Below, piece by piece: positions 1-13,489 of a stretch of DNA of 64,000 bases. The position numbers were made by a program, and so were the translations under genes. Origin of the DNA: Leucoraja erinacea (taxonomy: Eukaryota); assembly GCF_028641065.1 (NCBI RefSeq), contig NC_073378.1:13578001-13642000 (forward strand), read 5' to 3'. Numbering within the stretch: position 1 is the first letter of the stretch; every line of letters begins with the position of its first letter. The notes beneath the pieces were generated by a model that was not told the DNA's origin, made no database searches, and saw only the letters and a program-made list of their open reading frames with translations.

Positions 1-1095
1 ATTAAGAGTTAACTGTATGAAATGATGAATTGGGATAGGAGGCAACATATCTATGTTATATGTTTAATGTTGATGAAAAGTTGGAACCTGTACTGAGCTG
101 TACTGATAACAAATTCCACCAGCCTGGCTGTGTGATCATTAAAATACAATACAAAAAAACTGGTAATAACCTGGTCATGTACCTCAAATAATGACAGTTC
201 ACATTTGTCACTTGCTTAAGTGACAACACCCCCATCATTGTGCTCTTGCATGCTTTGTAAAATGATTTTGATATTAACCACCTCTGATTTTCCATATACC
301 TGCATGCACCAGTGATAAAATATTGAATCGTGATGTACCATTATATAATATTACTGATCTGTTAGCAAGAACTGGCCTTTACTTCACATCGATGATGATA
401 GTAAAATCTAATTATCTAGGGATCCGGGCCAGAACTCAACATCTCTCTGTGTTATGTTCACAGAAAGAACCTTTTTTTGCTGGATACTATATCAAGAGTT
501 TATCTGTAATCTCTGGAGCATAGAGATTGCACTTGTCAAAATCACTACAATTAAAAGCAGCTGTTAAGAATGATTTAATCTTCAGCAGCTGTAATGAATG
601 AATTTGGCAGTTAAATTTGACAGGAGAGTGTATGGATAGTTTCATGATTATTTGATAAATTTACAACATCTCAGGTACTTCAGAAAACCCACAAATTAAA
701 AACACTTCCATTAATTCCTTCATTATCATTCTTTCGGTGGACAATTAACAAGATTGCCTTCAATGATATAATGAATAAACTGTTAGGCTGCAGATTGTAG
801 TTAGTGATCAAAATGATTACAAAATGACTACAAGAACAATCAACAGAAGAACAAGACTAGAGGGCATAAGCTAAAGACAAGAGGGCAGAGATGAAGGTGA
901 GAAGGGGACATTTTAAAGGAGATGTGTGTGAGTAGGTTTTTAAAAAAAAAGAGTGGTGAGTGCTTGGTATACGCTGCAAGGGGTGGTGGTGGAGGTAGAT
1001 ACAACAGTGCTATTTCAAGGGCTTTTGGATATGGAGGGATATGGATCATGTGCAGGCAAGAGATTCAAAATTCAAGAGAGTTTATTGTCATGTGT

Positions 1096-1370
1096 CATAG
1101 AAACATAGAAACATAGAAATTAGGTGCAGGAGTAGGCCATTCGGCCCTTTGAGCCTGCACCGCCATTCAATATGATCATGGCTGATCATCCAACTCAGCA
1201 TCCCGTACCTGCCTTCTCTCCATACCCCCTGATTCCCTTAGCCACAAGGGCCACATCTAACTCCCTCTTAAATATAGCCAATGAACTGGCCTGACTACCC
1301 TCTGTGGCAGAGAGTTCCAGAGATTCACCATCTCTGTGTGTTCTTCCATAGGATTTCCCCCTTATCCTTA
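1096..1370 (-). mobile_element. CR1 LINE 3' fragment, (CTATGTTT)n-tail family
   Basis: catagaaa tandem tail followed by the 3' sequence shared with many copies in the window. Confidence 0.85.
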
Positions 1371-1529
1371 TAGTCTGAAGAAGTCTTTTCGGCCCGAAAC
1401 TATAAGATCCCCTCGCCTATTCCTTCGCTCCAGTCCATCATAAGCTGCTGCCACCCGCTGAGCTTTCTCCAGCAATTTAGGCATGAATGTACCAGATCAT
1501 ATACCATTATATAAATATATACACACATG

Positions 1530-1860
1530 AATAAATAAACAGATAATGGGCTATGAATGTTCAGAATTTTGTACGAGTTGAGTTTAATAGCCTGATGGCT
1601 GTGGGGAAGTAGCAATTCCTGAACCTGGACGTTGCATTCTTCAGGCTCCTGTACCTTCTACCTGAAAATAGCGGGGAGATGAGTGAGTGACCAGGATGGT
1701 GTGGGTCCTTGATGATGCTGCCAGCCTTTTTGAGGCAGTGACTGCGATAGATCCCCTCGATGGTAGGGAGGTCTGAGCCAATGATGGACTGGGCAGTGTT
1801 TACAACTTTTTGTAGTCTTTTTCCGCTCCTGGGCACTCAAGTTGCTGAACCAAGCCACCA
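1530..1860 (-). mobile_element. Rex1/Babar-like LINE 3' fragment
   Basis: ORF 1561..1836 LQKVVNTAQSIIG...IIKDPHHPGHSL...SGRRYRS...FPTAIRLLN is the typical RT C-terminus. Confidence 0.8.
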
Positions 1861-2319
1861 GGCAGAGGAGATTAGTTTAACGGTATCATGAGCCAAAGGA
1901 CCTGTTCCTGTGGTGAACTGTACTATGCTCTATGTTCTTAAATATAATTGTAACAATCCACTCATCGAATAAAATATATGCTGTCATGATTCAGTGTGGA
2001 GATCTTACTGCACCTCAAGCCAAGGTGTTCCAGTGAAGTTACAAACTTGACATTTACTTGATAGTGTGGAAAATTGCCTGCTGCTCCTGCTACACTCAAG
2101 GCTGCTTGAGAGGGATTTTCATGTGTGTATAATCGTGTAACAAAACAGCTCGGTTCACAACTCTTATAGGCACAATTGCACACGTTGACACTTTCAAGTG
2201 TACACACCCAATATGCAAAGTAAACTGCACAACAGCGATCATGGCTGGACCTAAAGCAGCAGTTTTTTTAATCAAACCATTGGTGGGGTGGCTTAATAAT
2301 ACCTGTTGCAAAGAGCAAA

Positions 2320-2580
2320 TAACCATATAACCATATAACATATAACAATTACAGCACGGAAAAGCAGCAGTCCCCACCTGCCTGCACTCATACCATAACC
2401 CTCCATTCCCTTTTCCAATGCCAAACCATTGGTGGGAGCTCATTCCACACCGCCACCACTCTCTGCGTAAAGAAGTTCCCCCTCATATTACCCCTAAACT
2501 TCTGTCCCTTAATTCTGAAGTCATGTCCTCTTGTTTGAATCTTCCCTATTCTCAAAGGGAAAAGCTTGTCCACATCAACT
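2320..2580 (-). mobile_element. CR1 3' fragment, (TATATGGT)n-tail family
   Basis: aaccatat tandem tail; ORF 2388..2573 with TRGH...FFTQRVV..WNELP. Confidence 0.85.
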
Positions 2581-2869
2581 CATGAGCAAACATCCTGCTT
2601 CTCCAACCCTCACTTGGACATTCTGGTGGGAGATCTGGACCTTCTGGAAGATGAACAGATCAGATGGGACTTCCAAAAATACATAGGTCTCAGCTGCAGA
2701 AGACAGACACAGTGGTTTCATTCGCATTTTCAGGTAAATGTCTTCAATAACATACTTAGCTACAATAATATAGATAGGTTCTGTCCCTTTCAAGAATATT
2801 CAAATAAAGCTGCCATCTGTTAGTGCCAGTTTATGTCGACAGTTCCTTCCGCTGCACAGAGGCTAATTT

Positions 2870-3670
2870 AGCTCATTATTGCCACGTACTGAGGTACAGG
2901 GAAAAGCTTTTTGTTGCACGCTATCCTGTCAAAGAAAAGACTATACATGAATGCAATCAAGCCGTCCATAGTGTACAGTTAAATAATAAAGGGTGCAACA
3001 TTTAGTCTAATTACACAAAGTCTGATAAAGTCTGATTAGCAATACAAATGTCTCCAGTGAGGTAGATGGAAGGTCAGCACCACACTCTAGCTGGTGAGAG
3101 GACCATTCAGTTGCTTGATAACAGCTGGGATGAAACTGTCCCAGGATCTGGAGTAAGCATTTTCAAACTTCTGTACCTCTTGCTTGATGGGGGAGGGGAG
3201 AACTGGGGAGTGACCAGGGGTGAGACTAGTCCTTGATTATACTGATGGTCTTGTCAAGGCAGTGTGAAGTGTAGGTGGGGTCAATGGAAAGGAGGTTGGT
3301 TTGCGTGATGGTTTGGGCTACGTCCACAACTCTCTGTCATTCCTTGCGGTCTTGGATGGAGCTGTTCCCAAATCAGGCTGTGTTACATCATGATAAAATC
3401 AGGCAACTGAACTATCCTACCAACAACTAGAGAGCAGTCCTCCTGAGCTACTATCTGTCTCATTGAAGACCCTCAGACTATCTTTGGTAGGACTTTACTA
3501 GACTTTATCTTGCATTAAACCTTATTCACATTATTCTCTTAATCACATTTCTGCACACTATGGATGGCTCAATTGTAATTATAGACTGTCTTTCCGCTGA
3601 CTGGTTAGAATGCAACAAAAGCTTTTTACTGCACCTTGTTACACGTGACAATAAATGAAACAACACTAAA
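2870..3670. mobile_element. Two divergently oriented, old Rex1/Babar-like 3' fragments
   Basis: Minus fragment ~2870-3400 (cttctgtacctcttgcttgatgg motif). Plus fragment ~3400-3670 ending ...gtgacaataaa. Confidence 0.55.
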
Positions 3671-3726
3671 CTCTACGGCACAAATATAGAAGTTGGTGAA
3701 AGCTGTTGGGATATACCGAGCTTCCT

Positions 3727-4530
3727 ACGATACGATACGATACAATAAACTTTATTCATCCCCGGTGGGAAGTTGGTCTGCCAACAGTCACAACACACAA
3801 CAAGGTTCATGAAAACTTGGAATTAAAAGTGAAAAAAAAGAAAAAGACAAGCGACTGTTGGCTGGCCGCCATACGCACAACACCTTTACTGGAACGAATG
3901 GATAAACAAACGCAGGTTTATCCCCATGGCAGAGGATTCTAAAACTAGAATGCCCTCTCCCCCACAACAGGTTCCCCTTTGTTCTCCCACCGTCCTTCAC
4001 GGCTGTCCCCTCCCCCACCCGCCGGGGCCCATTGTTCTTCACGGAGGTTACCCCACTCTTGGTCCCGCTGTTCTTTACAGTGAACCGCTATGCCAGGTCC
4101 CCATTGCCCTTTCGCTCCCCCCTTCACACTCATCGACCGCTGATTGCGGGTAGATCGCGAGGCCCTACCACCGCCAAGGCTTATGCTGCCGCCGAGGCTC
4201 AGCTGACACGAGGCTCCCATTGCCGGCGAGACTCCACCACCACCAAGGCTCCTGTTACCGCCGAAGCTCACACTGCCGCCGATGCCCCACCGCCATCTAC
4301 GTCGAGGCTCACGTTGCCACTGAGGCACTCGCTGCTGCCGCCGAGGCTCCCATCACCGCCACCGCTGAGGCTCCTTTGCCCCAGAAAGGCCTTGCTACCC
4401 GGCTTCTCCTCAGTCTACTGGGAGGCCTGTGGGGCGAGTCTGGCCCACCGGGGCTTTTTCCGGTCGATGGCACGGTTGTTCAGCGGGTGGATCAGGCCCG
4501 CGTGGCTCCCCGGGACACTCCTACGCCTTC
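3727..4530 (-). mobile_element. GC-rich putative non-autonomous retroposon with (TATCG)n tail and internal ~18-bp tandem repeats
   Basis: (ACGAT)n at 3727-3743 next to a minus-strand AATAAA; CpG-rich body; repeated CCGCCGAGGCTC unit at 4170-4375. Confidence 0.5.
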
Positions 4531-5479
4531 TATAAGAGGTGGTGGCATTGTTGTGCTTTCTTGGCCATAGCTTCGATCCAAAGAACTTGAAGCTTCTGAC
4601 CATCACTCCACAACCTCATATGTCTTGCTGACATTGAGGGAGAGGCTGGCATCAGATTACAAGATTCTCAGTCTGTTTCCCATACTCCATCTCGTCATTA
4701 TTTGATAGTCGCCTGTGAACTTGCCGCTGAACCCTTTGAGTTCCCCCAGTAGTTGTTTTAATGTATCAATTGTAATCATGTGCTGGTCGGTCAATGCAAA
4801 ACCTGAAGGGGACAGAAAGAGCTACACAAGATGACGCAAGGCCTCTTCCCTGAATATTGTCTTGGCACCTTCACCTGAAATCTCTTGACAACAATAAAAC
4901 TTCAGAACTGTAACATGATAGTTTCTTTTAATCAAAATAACCGAACAATTCTACTCTCAATTTATGTAACCTGTCATAACACTCATGCCTGAGGTCTTAA
5001 ATCACACAGCGCTGCCTCAAACAGCAGTGAGCACCCAATTACTTTCAGCCTTGACAAAGACTGGAGCATAAGGATATTTCTGTCATCAGGGTTGTGTCAA
5101 TAACATGAGCTGCAGCTCAATAAATTTACCACAGCCTTGCAATAGAAACCTCCAAAACATGAATAAGTCCACTGTAATTACAAAATATTTCAATGTTATG
5201 GTTCCTTTCTGTATCTTTGCTTTCAAAATTGGCAGCAAAAAATAATCAATGATGTCCAAAAAAACACCTCGAATCGGTCTGGAATTTCCAGTGAACCTTC
5301 ATGGGTGGAATGGGAGTGATAGTGATTGGAACTGAATGGACACAAAAGGAACTGCAGATGCTGGAATCCTGAGTAAACACAGTACTGGTGTTATTCAATG
5401 GGTCAGGCAGCATCTGTGGAGGGAGTGGACAGGTGACATTTCAGATCAGAACACTTCTTCAGACAGGATGAGCCATAGA

Positions 5480-6645
5480 CTCATAAAGCATACAGCATGG
5501 AAACAGGCCCTTCAGCCCAACTTGCCCCTGCTGACCTATGTGCCCCCATTGAAGCTAGTCCCATTTGGCTACATTTGGTCCATATCCGTCTGAACCGTTC
5601 CTATCTATGTACCTGGCTGTATATCTTTTGAATGTTGTAATTATTCCTGCCTCACCTTCTCCAGCAGCTCATTCCATATACCCACCACCATCTTTGTGTG
5701 AAAAAGTTGTCCCTCATGTTCCTATTGAATATTTCCCCTCTCACCGTAAACCTATGAAATCTGGTTCTTGATTCCCCTAACCTTGACCTAAGACTGTGCA
5801 TTAACCCTATCAATTTCCTTCATGATTTTAAACTCCTCTATAAGATTAATCCTTAGACTCCTGCACACCAAGGCACACCAAGGAACAAAGTCCTAGTTTG
5901 CCCAATTTCTCCCTATAGATCAGGCACTCAAGTCCTGGCAACATCCTCGTAAATTGTCTCAGCATTCTTTCCAGTTTAATAATTTCCTTCTTATAGCAGG
6001 GTGACCAAAATTGAAGACAAACTCCAAAAGCAGCCTCACCAATGTCTTGTACAACTGGAAGAGAACATCCCAACTTCTATACTGACTGATGATGTCCAAT
6101 GCACAAAAGCATTCTTTACCACTCCACCTTCCTGTGATATCGCTTTCAGGGAACTGTGCACCTGTTTTCCTAAATCCTGAAGCATCACTTATCCATGTTC
6201 TCCTGATATGCTGCTTGACCTGCTGAGTTACTACAACACTTTGTGACCTGTAGTAACTGCAGAAGGACCTCATTGCTCCTATACGCAACTCCTCTTGTAA
6301 TGAAGGCTAACATGCCATTCACTTTCTCCACTGCCTGCTGTACCTGCATGCTTACTTTCAGTGACTGATGAACAAGGACCCCCAGATCTCATTGTACTTT
6401 CCCTTTTCCCAATTTGACAATATTCAGATAATAATCTGGCTTTCTGTTTTTGCCACCAAAAGTGGAAAACCTCACATTTATCCACATTAAACTGCATCTG
6501 CCATGCATCTGCCCACCCACCCAACATGTCCAAGTCACCCTGCATCCTCACAGTTCACACTGCCACCCCGCTTTGTGTCATCTGCAAATTTGCTAATGTT
6601 ACTTTTAATCCCTTCATCTAAATCATTAATGTATATTGTAAATAA
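5480..6645 (-). mobile_element. Cluster of older, degraded CR1 fragments
   Basis: Frameshifted RT pieces (WQMQFNVDKCEV; QFWSPCYKK..LERM..FTRMLPGL). Confidence 0.7.
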
Positions 6646-6739
6646 CTGTTGGTGTCATCACCTCCAGTGGCAGCCATGCAAACTAAAACATCAGATGCTC
6701 TAGGATAGGTTCATAAGACATAGGAGCAGAACTAACTAT

Positions 6740-7540
6740 TAGAAACATAGAAAAACTAGAAATTAGGTGCAGGAGTATGCCATTCGGCCCTTCGAGCCTG
6801 CACCGCCATTCAATATGATCATGGCTGATCATCCAACTCAGTATCCCGTACCTGCCTTCTCTCCATACCCCCTGATCCCCTTAGCCACAAGGGCCACATC
6901 TAACTCCCTCTTAAATATAGCCAATGAAGTGGCCTCAACTACCCTCTGTGGCAGAGAGTTCCAGAGATTCACCACTCTCTGCGTGAAAAAGGTTCTTCTT
7001 ATCTCGGTTTTAAAGGATTTCCCCTTTATCCTTAAGCTGTGACCCCTTGTCCTGGACTTCCCTAACATCGGGAACAATCTTCCTGCATCTAGCCTGTCCA
7101 ACCCCTTAAGAATTTTGTAAGTTTCTATAAGATCCCCTCTCAATCTTCTAAATTCTAGAGAGTATAAACCAAGTCTATCCAGTCTTTTTCATAAGACATG
7201 ACATCCCAGGAATCAGTCTGGTGAACCTTTTCTGCACTCCCTCTGGCAATAATGTCCTTCCTCAGATTTGGAGACAAAACTGTACGCAATACTCCAGGTG
7301 TGGTCTCACCAAGACCCTGTACAACTGCAGTAGAACCTCTCTGCTCCTATACTCAAATCCTTTTGCAATGAAAGCTAACATACCATTCGCTTTCTTTACT
7401 GCCTGCTGCACCTGCATGCCTACCTTCAATGACTGGTGTACCATGACACCCAGGTCTCGCTGCATCTCCCCCTTTCCCAATCGGCCACCATTTAGATAAT
7501 AATGTCCTTCCTCAGATTTGGAGACCAAAACTGTACGCAA
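6740..7540 (-). mobile_element. CR1 LINE 3' portion (CTATGTTT family)
   Basis: ORFs 6838..7143 and 7262..7654 encode CR1 ORF2 C-terminal sequence (RPHLEYCVQF, TRGHSL, WNSLP). Confidence 0.9.
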
Positions 7541-7986
7541 TTCGATCCATCGAGTCTGCCATTCGATCATGGCTGATCTATTTTTTCCTCTCACCCCCAT
7601 TCTACTGCTTTGTCCCTGTAGTTTGTCATCCTTGCTAATCAAGAAACTTATCAATCACCGCTTTGAAAATACTCAAAAACTTGGCCCAAACATGCTCAAA
7701 AACATGCTAAAAATACTCAAAAACATGCCGCTGTCTGTGGCAATGAAATCCACAGATTCATCATCCTCCGGCTAAAGATAGTAGAAGGGAGGTCGCCATT
7801 TCTTACCATGTGTGACTAAGTCCAACCACATCTTTGCCAAGCAGTAAAGGCTGAGTTTCTCCAGCAATTCAGTGTACCTATAGGTATTTACTGTTGCTGC
7901 TTTGCAAATTCATTAATTCATTATGCATCAGTTTAGAACAATCAGAATGCCTTGAATTTGCAAAGTAGCAACAGTAAATACCTATA

Positions 7987-8226
7987 GGTACACTGAATTG
8001 CTGGAGAGACTCAGCGGGTGCAGCAGCATCTATGGAGCAAAGGAAATAGGCAACGTATCGGGCCGAAACCCTTCTTCAGAGTCTGAAGAAGGGTTGATTC
8101 TGAAGAAGGGAATCTGAAGAAGGCCTATTTCCTTCGCTCCATAGATGCTGCTGCATCCACTGAGTTTCTCCAGCATTTTTGTGGATCTTTGATTTTCCAG
8201 CATCTGCAGTTCCTTCTTAAACATAA
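7987..8226. mobile_element. Penelope-like hairpin insertion with 14-bp target-site duplication
   Basis: Inverted arms around ctgaagaaggg motifs; AGTAAATACCTATA at 7973-7986 and 8227-8240. Confidence 0.75.
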
Positions 8227-9443
8227 AGTAAATACCTATATTTTGGTAATCTAAAAGCACAACATAAACCATTGATTGTAACGTATTGTGTGTGAATACT
8301 GTGAATCCACAAAATAAAAACACAAAAACATGTCATTATATTTTGCACAGACAATTTCCCTCGGCAAAGAAGTTCTTATCCTTTATTAACGCAAATGTGT
8401 TGGATTTGATTTAATTATTTCAGGCATTAGGTTTGATTTAATTATCTGAGGCACTGTCAGCAAGTAAAAACATCTGTTCTTTGCACTAAACCTTTCACCT
8501 TCGTAAGTCAACAAATAGTAAGAGAATCATTTAGATGAACACACCCATTTTTGTCATCTGTCATTAATCCACTTTCAATAAAAAATGTTCTCAGACAGAT
8601 GGAGTTGCTTCTTTTTTGCACAAGAAGGTTGAATGGCTCTGGATAAAAGTAACACTGGGATTTCAACAAACCTAACACAAAACTGAAATGGATTTTATCA
8701 GCACATGAAGATCTATACACGGTGATATTTTAATTGTAATCTGATATCTAAGAGCGTTTTGAAGGAAGAAACTACATGTGAAATTCCTCTTAATGCCTCA
8801 ATAGTCCAGGCCCATTCTCCTTTCATTCGGCCAGGCAGCATTGGCATTGCAGAAACAGTCAGCAATTTATCATCCATTTCCAATTGCTTTTGAATTGAAT
8901 GGCCTTCCTAGACCATGGAAGGATAGAATTGGGAGTAAACTGTTGTTGTATGTCAGGAGATACAATGACCAAACTGGGTAAAAGTTCCTTCCTAGTCTAA
9001 ATGGGTTTTTCCAACAATCCAGTTGATTCAAGGGCATTACTGTAAAATAGGATTGCAAGCAAGTACCTTTATTTAATGCACAGAGTTGATATTCCCTGCT
9101 ACCATAAAGGGTTTTAATCTCATGTTTCTGGATCAGTAACTATTTACATAATAGCATTATACCACTTGGTTGCCTATAGTTATTTTTTATTAACCAAGTT
9201 ACTTACCAACCCATCTACAGTATGTTTATATCCAAGTAATTTATACGTATCACAAACAACAGAGGTCCCAGCACAGATCCCCGTGGAATACCACTGGTCA
9301 CAAACCTCTAGCCAGAGTAGTACCCTTCCACAACTCCACTCTCTTCAATGAGGAAGCTCATTCTGAATCCAAATGACCAAGTCACCATGGATCCCTTGCA
9401 TCTGAATGTTCTGGATCAGCCTACCATGAGATTGTTCAACATC

Positions 9444-9772
9444 GAGATTATTCCCGATGTTGGGGAAGTCCAGAACAAGGAGTTTAAGGATAAGGGGGAA
9501 ATCTTTTAGGACTGAGATGAGAAAAACATTTTTCACACAGAGAGTGGTGAATCTCTGGAATTCTCTGCCACAGAAGGTAGTTGAGGCCAGTTCATTGGCT
9601 ATATTTAAGAGGGAGTTAGATGTGGCCCTTGTGGCTAAAGGGATCAGGGGGCTATGGAGAGAAGGCAGGTACAGGATACTGAGTTGGATGATCAGCCATG
9701 ATCATATTGAATGGCGGTGCAGGCTCGAAGGGCCGAATGGCCTACACCTGCACCTAATTTCTATGTTTCTAT
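9444..9772 (+). mobile_element. CR1 3' fragment (CTATGTTT family) inserted in an older minus-strand CR1 RT remnant (~9255-9890)
   Basis: ORF 9457..9774. Flanks encode HGRLIQ..MQGIHGDLVIWIQN and DFGKAFDK-like RT pieces on the minus strand. Confidence 0.8.
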
Positions 9773-9902
9773 GAGGGACTTTATCAAATGCCTTACCAAA
9801 ATCCATGCAGATAACATCAATCTTCATCATCAATATCTTCATCAATCACCTTTGTCACCTCCTCAAAGATCTCAGTCAAATTCATAAGACATAATATGCT
9901 GT

Positions 9903-10430
9903 GGAATAAGGGGGGGCTCTTTTAAACTGAGATGAGGAAGAACTTCTTCACCCAGAGGGTGGTTAATTTATGGAATTCACTGCCCCAGGGAGCAGTGGAA
10001 GCAGAAACTTTAAATATATTTAAGACTAAAATAGATGTTTTTTTAGCTGCCAAGGGGATAAGGGGCTACGGGGAGAGGGCAGGGATATGGACCTAGGTAT
10101 GGTTAGTATAGTAAGACCTGAGTGATCTCCTGGACAAGTGTCGATCGCCTGGATTGGGGTCGGAGAGGAATTTCCCGGTTTTTTTTTCCCGAATTGGACC
10201 TGGGTTTTTATCCGGTTTTTTGCCTCCCCCAGGAGATCACGAGGTTCTTGGGGTGGAGAGGGGTGATAGAGGTATAAAGGTGAGGGTAGTGTCTTGTGTT
10301 CTGTGTCTTGTGTCTACTGTTTGTGGTAAGTGTGTCTGTTTAGTGTTCAGCCATGAGCGAATGGCGGTGCGGGCTCGACGGACCTGGTGGTCTACTCTCG
10401 CACCTACTTTCTATGTTTCTATGTTTCTAT
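9903..10430 (+). mobile_element. Distinct CR1 family 3' end with long 3'UTR
   Basis: FFTQRVVNLWNSLP-coding segment ending TAG at ~10096, then ~330 nt UTR and a tttctatg tail. Confidence 0.75.
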
Positions 10431-10685
10431 GGATAAACCCATGTTGACCGTCCCTATGTATCCTATTCTATTCCTAATGTCAGTGGGTATTTATGATACC
10501 TTGTGAACATCTTTATTAAGACTAGTTGTTATCTTTCCAAATTACAAATTATTAACTGAATTTAGTATGGTGCAATTGAATACTTGTCAGTAAGTGAAGC
10601 ACATGAATCAGGGCCTAGGATAATTACCAACCTTGCATTCTTTCAGATTTCTGAGAGCAGAGTGTGCACTAAACTAAAAGTGAGG

Positions 10686-11058
10686 AAGATTAAGGGGTTG
10701 GACAGGCTAGATGCAGGAAGATTATTCCCGATGTTGGGGAAGTCCAGAACTAGGGGTCACAGTTTAACGATAAAGGGGAAATCTTTTAGGACCGAGATGA
10801 GAAAAACATTTTTTACACAGAGAGTGGTGAATCTGTGGAATCTCTGCCACAGAAGGTAGTTGAGGCCAGTTCATTGGCTATATTTAAGAGGGAGTTAGAT
10901 GTGGCCCTTGTGGCTAAAGGGATCAGGGGGTATGGAGAGAAGGCAGGTACGGGATACTGAGTTGGATGATCAGCCATGATCATATTGAATGGCGGTGCAG
11001 GCTCGAAGGGCCGAATGGCCTACTCCTGCACCTATTTTCTATGTTTCTATGTTTCTAT
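10686..11058 (+). mobile_element. CR1 3' fragment (CTATGTTT family)
   Basis: Near-identical to other copies; tail ttctatgtttctatgtttctat. Confidence 0.88.
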
Positions 11059-13489
11059 ACTTGGCGAGCAACACTGAGCACTTTGTCCAGTTGGAAATCC
11101 TATGCCAGTGCAATGCAGAAAACCGCAACGGAACTTTTATTTTCTGTCTTTTATCTGCATCAGGAAAATTAATCAGAAGGCAAGGGTACCCAGTCACAAA
11201 GTCCAGGGAAGGGAAAAGTCCAGACTTTTCACTTTGAACTGCATGTCTCAGCTGCAGTTCTCAAATGTTTGCTCAGTTTTACTCCTTCACTGAGACAAAT
11301 TTCTGAAGATAAAGTAGGCTCCCTCAATTTATCCTCTCAATACCCCTGTGTGAAGATACATCCAATTGCATCAAAACCCTAAAATATAGTATATTTCATA
11401 AATACGTAAATGTTTGAACCTCGTTCGACCTGCAATATAACCGTTGCTTTGGGCAGTGTGCATTCTTGGTTCATTGGGTTAACTGTGTGAGCCTCTCATT
11501 TTATACGAACCGACCAAATCTGACCTTCTTTTGACTTTAACCACAAAGACAGGGAATGATTTTGCACTCCAACATAGCAGCGCCTTTTACTGACCTCCTG
11601 AATACCCTTCACTTTCTGTTCCCAGATTGCCTCACTAAACCCATGCTACAGTTTTCGTTTATTTTTTCAGGTGAGCAAACTTTGTATCATATACCAGTTT
11701 GTCAGTTGCTTTTAATTAGGCTTCTGAAATCTCCCTTTCATCTTGGACTGTTTCTACGTCAGTCCACCAAGTCCATTTTTGGTTCTGAAGCAGTGTATTT
11801 ATACTCAACTAATTGAAGGAATGCAGAACAAAAGATAAAAGGCTAATTGCTGTGATTTAGCTTCTTTTCGTATGTTGGCGATAAGACATCACACGTTTTT
11901 GACCAAAATGAGCACATGGGAAACATTTCAATTTTAAACTATAACAAGCACTAAATTGCTCATTTCATCTAATGTGTTGTGTGCGTTGTCACATTGAATA
12001 ATTGCTCATCAAAACGCTGCCTCCTATTGTGCAAATGGCACTGTTGTGAAGATTTGCTGGTGCTCATAAAGCTGATTTAGCAGTTACACACAACCAATAA
12101 TCGCAGGACATTCAACAGTGTCGGTAGCCCATGGGTTCCTCCAATATGGCACAGGCTCTGAGGAAGGGTCTCCACCCAGAACGTCACCCATTCCTTCTCT
12201 CCAGAGATGCTGCCTGTCCTGCTGAGTTATTCCATGTGTCTATTATGGCATAGGCTTACATGAGGCAAGAGCTTTTCATCATGCAGTGTACCAATTATGA
12301 ACACACATACATGTAAATCCTGGGCTGGAAGTAGGACCACTCTAGGGGCTTTCCAGGCCATAATGAGCTTTGTAATGGAGTTGGAGGATGATGACTTGAG
12401 GCAGGCCGGGTGCCAGCAATCAGTTGTTGGTGAGGGGTAGGTTCGGTGATCATCATTTTGGGTGAGGATTTTCACTGCACATTGAGAGTTTGATTGGGAC
12501 TTGAGGATCTGATGGTGAGGCCCTTGCGTATTGGGGGATATCGCGTTAATTAACATTGCTATTTTTTTTAAGTTTGTCCCTCCACCAGACAAGAAGCATC
12601 AGACAGGCGACTTGACGCTCAGAACTGCCATTCTACAATTATCTTCACTGCACAATCTCTTCATATGCATGCCTTTACCTTGGGCTCCAAGGAGTACAAT
12701 CAGCTTCCACATCCAGGAGAGCAGGAGTACCTTTGGTGCAGCCTTTGCACCAGGCAGACCACCTGCTACAGCCGGCCAAAGAACAAAGTACTGGATGAAT
12801 TCAGTGGGTCAGGCAGCAACTGTGCAGGGAGATGGACTGGCAATGTTACGGATCTGGACACTTTTTGAATAAGTGCCCCGGTCTGAAACGTCGTCTGCCT
12901 GATTGTACACTGGATTGTGTGCTTACTAGTGTGGTACATAAAATAGGCTAAATCATTAGCACGTTTACAACAGAATGATGTCTATTATGGGCAAGTATAT
13001 ATGAAACAGTGATATAATGGAGGGGATTATATGGTGCAGGAAGTGAGAGACTTTAACAAGTTGGGGTTGCTACCACCCAGGTGTACAAGTGTAGTGTGTG
13101 TGTTAGGTGTGAATAGCATTGGAAGCATGTATTATAGGAGGCTGCGTAGAATAGAGAATAAATAATGGGGGCGGGTTCAGTTTGTAATGGCATTTCCAAT
13201 GGAAAAATATTGGGCAAGACATACAATGGAATGGTTGTCCTTATAAACCCAACATTTCAGTAGCTACCTTGACACAAAAATTGAATTGTGTGTGACAAGT
13301 AGGGAAAGAACTGCTGGGTCTACAAAGAGCTGGTGCACAAACAGACAGTTATAGAACGTGGAAACAGGCCCTTTGGCCCAACCTGCCCACATCGGCCAAC
13401 ATGTCCTAGCTACACTGGTCCCACCTGCCCGCGTTTGGCCCATATCCCTCCAGACCTGTCCTATCCATGTACCCGCCGAACTGTTTCTT

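Noticed and set aside
4032-4570. Ala/Pro-rich ORFs (167 aa and 116 aa) as a host gene
   Set aside because: Open frames arise from a GC-rich 18-bp repeat inside a retroposon-like block; no splice structure or recognisable domain.
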